From positions 1 to 58,684 of the IMG/VR virus record IMGVR_UViG_3300046804_001439: a stretch of 58,684 nt of DNA. One strand, given 5' to 3'. Positions 1 to 9,247 of this stretch are shown one piece after another; positions within the stretch are counted from its first letter, which is position 1, and each line of letters starts with the position of its first letter. The DNA comes from a virus (Duplodnaviria > Caudoviricetes). The notes beneath the pieces are model-generated. The model was given only the letters and a program-made list of their open reading frames with translations, was not told where the DNA came from and made no database searches. Position numbers and translations under genes: made by a program.

Positions 1-367
1 CCTTAAAGTATCCAAGCCCTGCTCCAATTCCAAATCCAGCTTCTGCTGCAAATGATCCTTGGAGTGATACAACATCGTCTGAACTAGCATTTATGCCTGC
101 AGCTTTAAGACGAATGTCATCAAACTTAGATCCTCCTTCATTTGTTTCGTACTCTCCTATATCTACACCTTTAAGCGAAGCTTGAAACTTTTTATCTGAA
201 TGTTCCTTCTTCTTTATTGCTTCTAGCGTAGCTATAAGCTCTGGCATTGAAAGATTTTCTTCTAGTTCCTCGTAATTTTTCCAATGACCTAAAAGAAAAA
301 CTTCTCCTTCTAAAGCGGCTAGATCGAGTTCTGACCAGCCAGAACCGCTGCCGCTAGAAGGTTTGGG
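1..367 (-). CDS. -1 frameshift extension of tail assembly chaperone (gpGT-like), runs off window edge
   Basis: The -1 frame entered at slippery heptamer C CCA AAC (361..367) is open to base 1 (PKPSSGSGSGWSELDLAALEGEVFLLGHWKNYEELEENLSMPELIA...); classic position downstream of tail tube. Confidence 0.8.
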
Positions 368-657
368 TCGTCAAGTTTAATTCCTCCGCAAACCTCAAGG
401 ATGCGATTCATCGTTGGAACATCAAGAGCGTCTTCCAAAGCTTCTCTGTCTTTTACCAAATCTGGTAATTGTTTTTCTAGAGCAATAGCACATGCGTCGA
501 TAAGAATTGTTAGAGTCTCATCTTCAGTTGTTACTTCTCCAGTTCTTTGAATTGCCGTCATAAATTTACGGAGTTCTTTAATAGATAGTGGTTTGAGCTT
601 TACTGATTGCCCGTTTTGTAGTTGAATTTCTTCTACATTATATACTGTAGTTGCCAA
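319..657 (-). CDS. tail assembly chaperone (gpG-like)
   Basis: 112 aa directly after tail tube gene; RBS AAGGAGG; slippery site near 3' end. Confidence 0.8.
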   Translation of the reverse strand: MATTVYNVEEIQLQNGQSVKLKPLSIKELRKFMTAIQRTGEVTTEDETLTILIDACAIALEKQLPDLVKDREALEDALDVPTMNRILEVCGGIKLDDPNLLAAAVLAGQNSI

Positions 658-717
658 TTTATCCTCCTTGGATAGTCTTAATTATTATAACATAATGATA
701 ATACATATACAAGCAGA

Positions 718-742
718 AAGCCCCCGAAAAATTCGGGGGCTT
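718..742 (-). terminator. hairpin/terminator after tail tube gene
   Basis: AAGCCCCCGAA-AAA-TTCGGGGGCTT inverted repeat ~20 nt after stop. Confidence 0.6.
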
Positions 743-762
743 CCGACATTTAGTTGGTTATA

Positions 763-1485
763 TTACGCTACCAATACACGGTCAATAATTTTTCCGTATT
801 CTTGCCCCTCATATCCCGACATAGCGGTTGGGAGAAGACGGAAGGTTACTGGAAATGTAGTTGGAGTAGAACGTGCCAACGAGAATTGTGACTGTTGTAC
901 AGAAAGAACACGACGTGCATAATATACACGCTCTGTTTGTGAACCTGATGTTGTTGGAGCTTGTCCGACAGCAATTAGCTGACGCTCTGTTGGTGCAATA
1001 CCGAGAGCACCCGCTGCAATACCAAGTGTATCTTTCTTTGATGTTCCAGTACCTGAACTAATAATAGTGTTGGTCTGAGAAATCGCAGTGTTATTTGTTG
1101 GATCATCTGGCTGTCCGAAAATAACTAGAACGTTTTCTAGTGTACCTTCTGACATTTCAGTGGCGATCATAACTTCCATCGCAGACTTGAACAGCTTAGC
1201 TGTATCAAGCAACTGGTCGACGGTTACTGAATCGTATGTTGGATTATAAGTGATCTGAAGACCATTATTTGTAAAACCTACGTTTCTGTAATAGAAAGTG
1301 CCAGAATCAATTGCGTTAAGTGTATTTGTATAGGATGTTCCTGTTACGAATGCACCAGCGCTTGCTGTTCCTGGCTCTGAATTTTCATATGTAGAGTAAC
1401 CTGCTGTTGTTGAGTCAATATTTGAAACGAACAAAGGAGATGCACCTACGAGAATATTTTTCGCATTACCTGCATTTTGTGCCAT
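763..1485 (-). CDS. major tail (tube) protein
   Basis: 240 aa; KNILVGA start, GFTNNGLQITYNP and VTVDQLLD segments typical of actinophage tail tubes; RBS GGAGG; synteny. Confidence 0.8.
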   Translation of the reverse strand: MAQNAGNAKNILVGASPLFVSNIDSTTAGYSTYENSEPGTASAGAFVTGTSYTNTLNAIDSGTFYYRNVGFTNNGLQITYNPTYDSVTVDQLLDTAKLFKSAMEVMIATEMSEGTLENVLVIFGQPDDPTNNTAISQTNTIISSGTGTSKKDTLGIAAGALGIAPTERQLIAVGQAPTTSGSQTERVYYARRVLSVQQSQFSLARSTPTTFPVTFRLLPTAMSGYEGQEYGKIIDRVLVA

Positions 1486-1591
1486 ATTTTATTTCCACCT
1501 CCTGGAATTCTGGATGTTTAATTTTAATCAAGCTGGCTAGGCTTCTTTCCTCTTAGTATAATTTTAGGCCATAAAGGGTCAAAAGGCAAAC

Positions 1592-2101
1592 CTAGGCAAA
1601 TCGACCTTGACCGTTGGTTATTCTAGAATATTTAATTTCAACTATTACGTCTGCCGCATAAAATCCCTGAAGTTCTTCTGAAGGGGCAGTTGGAGATATA
1701 TCGGCTATATATACAGAATGGAATTTAAAGGTATTGAAGTTAGGCAAAGAGAGGTTAACATCCTTTGCAGACTCGTCCATTCTTCTAAATAGATCTGTCA
1801 TAAAGTTCCTAATTTCATTAATTTCAGATATATCTGTAGAGAAAATAGTAAAAAGAATTTGTTCGCAACATACTAACCAGTTGTCATCATAGGACATTCC
1901 AACCTTATCATAAATAATGTGCTTTTTTCCACTTAAAAATTGATTAAGATCTGGTGTTTGCTGAACTGGTATTATTGGAACAATATATTCGCCAAGTTGG
2001 TCGCTATAATAATCGTTATCGTTAAATATTCCTGAATCTACAAGTTCGTCCCAAAAAAACTTTCTAAGCTCAAACATTGCATCTGTTTTATAATTTGTCA
2101 T
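1592..2101 (-). CDS. tail terminator-like protein
   Basis: 169 aa immediately upstream of tail tube; synteny only. Confidence 0.5.
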   Translation of the reverse strand: MTNYKTDAMFELRKFFWDELVDSGIFNDNDYYSDQLGEYIVPIIPVQQTPDLNQFLSGKKHIIYDKVGMSYDDNWLVCCEQILFTIFSTDISEINEIRNFMTDLFRRMDESAKDVNLSLPNFNTFKFHSVYIADISPTAPSEELQGFYAADVIVEIKYSRITNGQGRFA

Positions 2102-2883
2102 AGTGCGCCTCCAAATGCTTGTGATAGTGCTGAGTCAGCTTGATTTCTTATTGAATTTGGAGAAAACTTATACTGAACTTTTTTAATATTTTGAGGTAGC
2201 ATTAATGCTTTAGCCATTTTGGCATTAAAAATTTGTTGAAATCTAGATTTTTTAATAGAATTATTTACAAGATTTCCTGTAAAAAATCTTGAATGAGCTA
2301 GACTAAATTGATTTGTAGCAGATTTTCCTCCAGGTCTTTTTACCATAACAGATTCTCCTTTAGGCATAAATACTGTTTCGCCATCTATTTCAAAAACTAG
2401 CCTCTCCGCATATCTGGGAGATATTTTAAGAGGAATTCCTTTTTCCATAATTTCAGCCTTGTTAATAAACACATGTCTTCTTTTTGATTTATTAGAAGCT
2501 GGTACTAATGATTTAGATGGTAAAAATGAGTATCCTATTTTAAAAGATAGGCCTTCTTGTGATAATATCTTTAAATCAAACAATCTTTTATTCTTATTTC
2601 CTATTCCGCCCCACTCGTAAACATGATGTAAAGACTTTGGCTTTGTCCTAGCAAGTGCATCTATATACTGACCGAAATCCTCATCAATTTGTTTAAATAT
2701 AGTTTGTGTAAATTTAGACTGGAAATTTTTATTTTTAGTAAGGCCAGCTATGACATTTGCTTGATAATATACAAAAGCTGATATCTGAGCAACATTACTA
2801 TCTTTTAAAACTCCTGCCTGACTCCCAGCCATCATTTTTTCCAATCCGCTGGCAGCCTGAACCAACATAATACTATTGTCCAA
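2098..2883 (-). CDS. neck/tail completion protein
   Basis: 261 aa, basic, in head-tail joining block; synteny only. Confidence 0.45.
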   Translation of the reverse strand: MDNSIMLVQAASGLEKMMAGSQAGVLKDSNVAQISAFVYYQANVIAGLTKNKNFQSKFTQTIFKQIDEDFGQYIDALARTKPKSLHHVYEWGGIGNKNKRLFDLKILSQEGLSFKIGYSFLPSKSLVPASNKSKRRHVFINKAEIMEKGIPLKISPRYAERLVFEIDGETVFMPKGESVMVKRPGGKSATNQFSLAHSRFFTGNLVNNSIKKSRFQQIFNAKMAKALMLPQNIKKVQYKFSPNSIRNQADSALSQAFGGAL

Positions 2884-3301
2884 TTTGTTGATTCTCCGAT
2901 CTCTTTAGAGATGAGTTATATCCTAAAATATTACCGAATGGATCTGTGAGTGGAGTTGTACCAACTACTTCAAACACTGTTGGTGTTTCTGTAGGATAAT
3001 TTAATTCTGTCCAAATGCTATTTCCAATAGAATCCACTATGTTTGTTACTTTATCTCTAATAGAAAGTCTTTCTATTGTTCTAACCTGTAAAATTTGATC
3101 ATTAATATAAACATTACTAAAAACCTGCTTGTCTCCAGATCTTCCGCTCACAGAATTACTAACAATTCCCTTTGCATGACATGGAAGGGTTTTAAAATAT
3201 TTCCACTCTCTTTTAATAGCACCAGTAGCAGAATCTTGAGATTGATACTGTCTATATATATCTAACTTCATAGACAATATTGAGTCTATTAAGTCATTCA
3301 T
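2873..3301 (-). CDS. head-to-tail stopper/closure protein
   Basis: 142 aa beta-rich, D-x-x-T-G N-terminal motif, follows adaptor. Confidence 0.55.
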   Translation of the reverse strand: MNDLIDSILSMKLDIYRQYQSQDSATGAIKREWKYFKTLPCHAKGIVSNSVSGRSGDKQVFSNVYINDQILQVRTIERLSIRDKVTNIVDSIGNSIWTELNYPTETPTVFEVVGTTPLTDPFGNILGYNSSLKRSENQQIGQ

Positions 3302-4281
3302 TAGATAATCTCTGCCTTGCTTACCATTACATAATCAATAAGTAATCTGTCGGCATAGGCATTTCCAGTTCCTGAATATGCTTCATCTGTATATTCAAAG
3401 TCCCAATCAAATGTAGATATCTTGCTTATATACTTATTACGCCAAGCTTTGTCTTTAGCAAAATAATCCTTCATCAATTCTATTGCTGCTAATTCTACCT
3501 CATCTGGAACTTTGTCCCAACCAAATCTTCCCTGAACACGATATGGTACATTAGTTTTAAATATTCCTACTCCATCTTCAATTGATGGAGGAATCATCCC
3601 ATTAGCTACATAAACTGTATTATCTAACATTTGTGATCTGTCAACTCTAATTCCATATCCAGTTTCTGTTGTTTTAACAACATAATTCCAGTTATTAACA
3701 TCATTTAGAGTATCAACAAGCAGTATATCATTTGCATATAGCTCATGAAGATTGTGTAGTTTTGCTGGAAGCGGTAAAACATCAGAACCATATCCATAGA
3801 CAACATGAACGTCGTCATATAAATAAAAGTTTTGTCCAGTATAATTTTCTATTTGTTTACGAGCATATCTTTCAGCTGCAACTAATTCACGATATGTTTT
3901 ATAGTTTGGATCAGTCTGATCAGTGCTAAATCCAACATCTTGAATATGATTAAAATCAATATATGGTGTAACTACATAAACCTCATCATACCTAACTACA
4001 GGATATGTTTTAATGCTGTATTCCCACTTTAATTTTAATGTTCTATTTCTATCTGTAAATTGAAATGGGATATTAACAGTATATGTTCCTGGATTTAATT
4101 CATCAGGAACTGCAGTCAAAGTAACTAGTACTGTGTTTGCATTTATTGCTGGATCAATGGCAGGGTCTTCTGTTACATCGTATACCTTAACAACTGGATT
4201 TGAATCGGCGTTTACCGTTTCTCCCTCCCAAAAAATTTTATGGGTTACTGGAGACTGTGAACTGCGTAAAATTTCTGCCAT
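3301..4281 (-). CDS. head-to-tail adaptor
   Basis: AAERYARKQIENYTGQ and GWDKVPDEVELAAIEL motifs typical of gp6/gp15-like adaptors, with extra N-terminal Ig-like part. Confidence 0.65.
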   Translation of the reverse strand: MAEILRSSQSPVTHKIFWEGETVNADSNPVVKVYDVTEDPAIDPAINANTVLVTLTAVPDELNPGTYTVNIPFQFTDRNRTLKLKWEYSIKTYPVVRYDEVYVVTPYIDFNHIQDVGFSTDQTDPNYKTYRELVAAERYARKQIENYTGQNFYLYDDVHVVYGYGSDVLPLPAKLHNLHELYANDILLVDTLNDVNNWNYVVKTTETGYGIRVDRSQMLDNTVYVANGMIPPSIEDGVGIFKTNVPYRVQGRFGWDKVPDEVELAAIELMKDYFAKDKAWRNKYISKISTFDWDFEYTDEAYSGTGNAYADRLLIDYVMVSKAEII

Positions 4282-4293
4282 TTAAAGACAGGC

Positions 4294-4695
4294 TTAGCTA
4301 TAAAACTCCTGGACTTCTTTTGGAGTTGCAAGTCTAAAGCCCTCCTCCTTATCGAAAATTTTTTGAGCGGAATCTTTATGCATTGCTACATAAGGATGCT
4401 CTTTTGTAAAAGTAAATCCCATAATATCATAACGGAAATTTGCTCTTTCCATTCTAACCAAAACGGTGTCTTCTGGGTGTTCCTTTTTAGGGTCAAACTT
4501 TGGAAGAACTTCTTGTGACATGTCTTCCGCCTCTTCTTCAATTTTTTCTATAGTTTTATTATATACTGACCATGTGACTCCCTCTTCTGAGAGTGCTGCA
4601 ATAATGTCTGTTTTATTTTTTAAGCCGTCGATTTCTACACCGAAATCTTCTGCGATCTTTTTTAATTCAGATACTTTTAATGTGTCAAATGACAT
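4294..4695 (-). CDS. Rho-N/HeH-like domain protein after capsid
   Basis: N-terminal LKVSELKKIAEDFGV...KTDIIAAL helix-extension-helix pattern. Confidence 0.55.
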   Translation of the reverse strand: MSFDTLKVSELKKIAEDFGVEIDGLKNKTDIIAALSEEGVTWSVYNKTIEKIEEEAEDMSQEVLPKFDPKKEHPEDTVLVRMERANFRYDIMGFTFTKEHPYVAMHKDSAQKIFDKEEGFRLATPKEVQEFYS

Positions 4696-4745
4696 ATTAG
4701 CTCCTATTTCTACTTAAAACAATTATAGCATTAGTAAATTAAAAT

Positions 4746-4777
4746 GAAAAGCCCCTCAAAAATTAATTTGAGGGGCA
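4746..4777 (-). terminator. intrinsic terminator after capsid gene
   Basis: GCCCCTCAAA...TTTGAGGGGC stem followed by T-run on minus strand. Confidence 0.7.
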
Positions 4778-4803
4778 TTTCTTGCAGATCTAAATCCTAT
4801 ATA

Positions 4804-5856
4804 TTAGGAAGCGACCTTAACGTTCTTGACAACTACCCAAGCGTCAGCTTGCTCAATCTGTACACCAACACGGGTGTATAGAGTGTATTCAATGCTGTCC
4901 TTGCGTGGCCAGAAGAAGCGATAAACTGTAACGTCACGCTTGACACCAATAACTACGTTATTTGGGAATGTCAAGTGGATATCACCGTGATTACCTGTCT
5001 CTCCTGTATAGTCTCCGTCCTGTGCTTCTGGAAGAAGTGGAACTTCAACAATCGGAATACCGAATGCGAATGGAGCTACGTATCCTGCTGGACCACCAAG
5101 TGGTTGTACTTCTTGTCCACGGATAATGCTTGAAGCAATATCTGCAGGGATTGTTTGGTTTGTACCAATGCTGTTGTTGTACAGGAAGTCCTGAATCAAG
5201 TTGGAACCAGCCAAGAAGCGAAGGTCTGAACGACGTTGCTTGTACTTACGTGGAAGTGCCTTAAGTGCTGAATTAAATACAGCACGAGATACTCCTGCAC
5301 CAGCAGCATCGACTACGTGACCGTTAGCCTTTGCCTTCTTTACAACACCATCAAATGCCTTGTATAGGTTATCTGATGTTAGTGATGTGTTACCGTTAAG
5401 GATTACATCTTCAATATCATTACCTGCCTGTGTTGCCATCAGACGTGCAATGTGGTCTTCTAGGTCTGGACCTTCAATATTATCTTCTAGAGATTCTGTT
5501 GAAAGTTCCCAATCTAGACGAAGTTTCTTTGTTGTAAGAGAGATCTTTGAGAAAGTAACAGCAGCGTTTGAACCTGTGTTATCAGCTTCAGTAGCAAGTA
5601 CCATAAGCTTCTCACCTACACCAATGCGATCAATTTCAGTGGTGTCTGCCTTCATACGGACAGTACGAGCCACCTTACCAATTACAGTTGCATCAAACAT
5701 GTAGTCTAGGAATCGTGCAGACTGCTCAGGATTGAGTAGGCCACCTTTACCCTCAGAACCAACATGTACGCCAGTTGTTGAACCAGCAGCACCTGTCATA
5801 TTAGCTGTTACGTTTGTATTTGCTGCAACAGCTTTTTCTAAGTTTTCATTGCTCAT
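4804..5856 (-). CDS. major capsid protein (HK97 fold)
   Basis: 350 aa; GGLLNPEQ, STESLEDNIEG, DIEDVILNG motifs; follows protease/scaffold. Confidence 0.9.
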   Translation of the reverse strand: MSNENLEKAVAANTNVTANMTGAAGSTTGVHVGSEGKGGLLNPEQSARFLDYMFDATVIGKVARTVRMKADTTEIDRIGVGEKLMVLATEADNTGSNAAVTFSKISLTTKKLRLDWELSTESLEDNIEGPDLEDHIARLMATQAGNDIEDVILNGNTSLTSDNLYKAFDGVVKKAKANGHVVDAAGAGVSRAVFNSALKALPRKYKQRRSDLRFLAGSNLIQDFLYNNSIGTNQTIPADIASSIIRGQEVQPLGGPAGYVAPFAFGIPIVEVPLLPEAQDGDYTGETGNHGDIHLTFPNNVVIGVKRDVTVYRFFWPRKDSIEYTLYTRVGVQIEQADAWVVVKNVKVAS

Positions 5857-5877
5857 TATATATTTTCACCTACCTTT

Positions 5878-7212
5878 TTAGTTAAAAATTTCATTTACGG
5901 ATCCGAGGAAAGAACCGTCCCATTTTGATTTGGATTTTGTTATTACTTCCTGTGACCCGCCAAGGTCATAGGACTTCTTAATTGCAGTCTCTGATTCGAC
6001 TGCGTCAACACGCTTTTCAACGCCCTCAATCGTGTTCTTGATATCTTCTACAGCCTTTGAAAGGACTGAGTGTTGTTCTGCCAATTCTGAAATACGAGTA
6101 TCTACGCTCTTGCTGAATGTTTCAACAGTGTCTTTAATTGCTGAAACCTGAGCAGCATTTGCTTCAGATGCCTTGTTAAGAGTATCTGAAAAGAATCCCT
6201 TAAGATCACCGAGCATCTTTGCAAAATCAGGTTCATCAACCTCAACTTCTGATACGTCGGCTGCTTTTTCCAGAACTTCGGCAGAAGCGTCAACAGCTGG
6301 TGCTTCTTCGGCAGCAGGTGCTTCAACAGCAGGTGCTTCCTCAGCAGGAACAGCGGCTGGTGTTTCTTCTACAACAGCAGGAGCTTCTTCAACTGCTGCT
6401 AATGTTTCTGTGTTTTCTGACACTTCATTACCTCCTTCTGCGTTTGCCTGTTTTGCAATTTTGTTTGTATCAGGCAACGGTAATCTTGATTTCTTAAATG
6501 AATCAAGAATCTTATCTATTTCTTTTGCTTTCTTAACGTCATTGGATTCTACCCAACCAATTAACTGTGCTTCTTTTCCGCTAACTGGAGAAACGTATGT
6601 CGAATCTGTAGAAATAAAAACAGAGTCGCTATCTTCACAATAAAAAATATTTTCTGTTACTGTTTCTGCAGCAATTCCTTTAAACATTAACTGACCATTC
6701 ATTTTTTGAATTGACAATATGTTGCAAAGCTCGTTAGCTGGAGAATCTACTACAGATAACTCCATAAGAGCATATTCCTTAATGAAGCGAACTGGCTTAC
6801 CAGTTGACTTGTTAACTTCATTTTCTGAATCAATAATCTTTCCGCCAATTGAAAAACCTTGTAGTGTTCCATCCAAAATCTTTTCCCAAGTATCTTGAGC
6901 GCCTTTTGAAATGTATGCGTCTACATAAACACCATTATAAAATTCTTTTGTATTTGGATCATAATATGTTTCTGGTTTAAATGAAACCATTTTGCCAACT
7001 GCTGTTGATCCATGCATTTCACGAATGTTGCCACGGAAAGAATCAAATGCTTTGATTGAAGCTTCTTGAGTTACAACATCTCCAGTTTGATCCAAGTTGT
7101 CCAACGTTGCAAAACCAGAGACGATTCGCTTTTCACGATTTACTTTAGTAAATGGAACTGAAAGGCTGATATCGTCGCCATGAGATGACCACAAAGACTT
7201 ATGAATATTCAT
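5878..7212 (-). CDS. prohead protease fused to scaffold
   Basis: REMH, GFSIGG, ELSVVDSPAN HK97/XkdF-type protease motifs; Ala/Glu/Pro linker and coiled-coil C-terminus. Confidence 0.85.
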   Translation of the reverse strand: MNIHKSLWSSHGDDISLSVPFTKVNREKRIVSGFATLDNLDQTGDVVTQEASIKAFDSFRGNIREMHGSTAVGKMVSFKPETYYDPNTKEFYNGVYVDAYISKGAQDTWEKILDGTLQGFSIGGKIIDSENEVNKSTGKPVRFIKEYALMELSVVDSPANELCNILSIQKMNGQLMFKGIAAETVTENIFYCEDSDSVFISTDSTYVSPVSGKEAQLIGWVESNDVKKAKEIDKILDSFKKSRLPLPDTNKIAKQANAEGGNEVSENTETLAAVEEAPAVVEETPAAVPAEEAPAVEAPAAEEAPAVDASAEVLEKAADVSEVEVDEPDFAKMLGDLKGFFSDTLNKASEANAAQVSAIKDTVETFSKSVDTRISELAEQHSVLSKAVEDIKNTIEGVEKRVDAVESETAIKKSYDLGGSQEVITKSKSKWDGSFLGSVNEIFN

Positions 7213-7266
7213 ATGATTAATTATAATTTTTTATATATAAAAAGGCAAATAACTAGTCGATCAGGA

Positions 7267-8847
7267 CTACTCGACTTGTCTTCCAGCACCCTGTTCGTTT
7301 CGGGCTTCTCCAGAAATATCTGGGGAATTATTTTGCCTTTCTTGATCCCTGGTTCTTGTATTTCCAGCCTGAGACCTAATCTCTGCCTGTTGCTGAGGCT
7401 TTAAAACTACAACCTCGTCTCCAGAATCAAGCGGAACCATGCCTCTACGAATTCTAATTTCATTAGGCGTAATTACCTGCATTCTTAAATAACGCTCATC
7501 AATCTTAGACTGAGTATCTTCATCGGTAAGAGCTAATTCGTTGAATTTAATTTCTAGAGCATCTGTCATTTCTGCAATTAACTTATTTAGTTTCTTTTCA
7601 AGAATGTCCTGTGCTGGACGACATACCTGCTCTTTAAATGTTTTATCGGCATCTCTTGCTGCAGCTAAATTAATTCCTTCTGGAGTTCCAATCTTATTAA
7701 TTGGAGTTCTGTGAGCCATAAGGATTTCATCACGATTCATCTTTCGATATGTATTAAATGACGAGTCTTGAGTTCCAGCCTCAATTGGCTCCATTTTAAA
7801 TTCAACTTTAGAATCTCCAGTATCTGCTGGAAGAGGAACATATAGAGATCTATGATTTCTTCCCTTTAATCCAACCTGGAAAAATTCAAGTAACTTGCGC
7901 TCTGACTCTGTTGAAAGTTTTGCGCCCTTAACTGTAATAATATAACGAGGGACTGCTTTATTCTCAAAATAATCAAGGTTATACTTGGCTGCAAATTCAT
8001 TTCCAGCCATAGCATTAGAAGCAGCTACAATATCTGGAATTCCATAATAGTTATTTGTTGGAGTATATTTCTTGAGATGAATAATTTCATTTGGACGATC
8101 AGTACCACCAGCAATTGGATTTACTGTTTCTTGATCTCCAAAATTGCGGAAGAATACAGCCTTTCCATAAAGCAATTGAATAAAGCCATCACGAAGACGA
8201 CGCACACGCATAGTCTTAGATGGTATATGTCCTAAATATCCAATTTTTCCAGAAGTTGTTCTTCCAACTTCAAGGTATCCGTTTCCTGTTGCCTCTACGT
8301 CCGTATAAACCTTAATTAATGTTTCTTTAAATGTTTCTTCTTCATTACAATCTTCAAGCCAGCCATGTAGATCTTGTCTCAATCTATTAAGCTTTCTTCT
8401 AGCTCTTTCTAATTGAGTGTCGCTGTCAATTCCATCCATAGCCTCAATTGTTTTTCTAGTTTCAATAAAATCATAACCTAATCCAACAATATTAGCTACC
8501 TTTGCATTAATTGCAGCATAGTTGTATGGTGAAATTTCATAAATAGTAGATAGGTAGTCTAAATTATATTTTGGCTCTATCAAATCAAACATCGAGTAGC
8601 CAGTAATGGCTTGCTGCAATAGATTCTGCTGGGTTTCAGCTCCATCTATTCCAGTAAATCTTTTTTGTAAATCTCTGCTTACTTTTCTTCTAAATGATGG
8701 ACTAAGTCCATTCATTTTTAAAACATCTTCGCCCTCTATTTTAAATGGATCAGTAGTTTTTTCTACAACTGGATTATTAAATCTAACCCAATCTGCAGCA
8801 TTAGAAATTTCAATTTCTTGACTATTTTCTTCGTCTATATGTTCCAT
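7267..8847 (-). CDS. portal protein
   Basis: 526 aa; TGNGYLEV, EIIHLK, YYGIPD, ITPNEIR portal motifs. Confidence 0.9.
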   Translation of the reverse strand: MEHIDEENSQEIEISNAADWVRFNNPVVEKTTDPFKIEGEDVLKMNGLSPSFRRKVSRDLQKRFTGIDGAETQQNLLQQAITGYSMFDLIEPKYNLDYLSTIYEISPYNYAAINAKVANIVGLGYDFIETRKTIEAMDGIDSDTQLERARRKLNRLRQDLHGWLEDCNEEETFKETLIKVYTDVEATGNGYLEVGRTTSGKIGYLGHIPSKTMRVRRLRDGFIQLLYGKAVFFRNFGDQETVNPIAGGTDRPNEIIHLKKYTPTNNYYGIPDIVAASNAMAGNEFAAKYNLDYFENKAVPRYIITVKGAKLSTESERKLLEFFQVGLKGRNHRSLYVPLPADTGDSKVEFKMEPIEAGTQDSSFNTYRKMNRDEILMAHRTPINKIGTPEGINLAAARDADKTFKEQVCRPAQDILEKKLNKLIAEMTDALEIKFNELALTDEDTQSKIDERYLRMQVITPNEIRIRRGMVPLDSGDEVVVLKPQQQAEIRSQAGNTRTRDQERQNNSPDISGEARNEQGAGRQVE

Positions 8848-9185
8848 TATTTACCACCCATATTTTTCATTTCATCTTTATAGTTTCCAATATCCAGTGG
8901 ATCTGGAACTAGACCCCAGTTAAGTCTTTGTTTTTGATACTCAAATTCTTCATCATCTATTTTGCGTCTTCCAGATAAAAATTTTGGCTGTCCTTCATAA
9001 ATGCCATAAGAACTAACTGCTGATGCTAGCAAGTCTATTCTTTGCTTATTACCCTTCATTGAAGTAATAGAAAGAAAATTACCATCATCGTCGCCGATCC
9101 AACGACCATCTGGCATTTCCCAAACATATATGCCAAGCCTGGTCTCCTCTTCGTTGACCTTAGCTCCAATTTTTTTTAAATCCAT
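8847..9185 (-). CDS. hypothetical protein upstream of portal
   Basis: 112 aa ORF translationally coupled to portal (TAATG). Confidence 0.7.
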   Translation of the reverse strand: MDLKKIGAKVNEEETRLGIYVWEMPDGRWIGDDDGNFLSITSMKGNKQRIDLLASAVSSYGIYEGQPKFLSGRRKIDDEEFEYQKQRLNWGLVPDPLDIGNYKDEMKNMGGK

Positions 9186-9247
9186 AGGTTTTTATTTTAC
9201 CACTTTCTAAGACCTAAGTCCAGCTTTTTGTCAGGTAAATGTTCAAC

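Noticed and set aside
8847-9185. Terminase subunit upstream of portal
   Set aside because: No ATPase/nuclease motifs or recognisable small-terminase features; terminase must lie outside the window
9196-9206. 8-nt match (ACCACTTT) to sRNA-B loop 1
   Set aside because: Lies at or upstream of the -10 of a probably leaderless gene and is short enough to be chance
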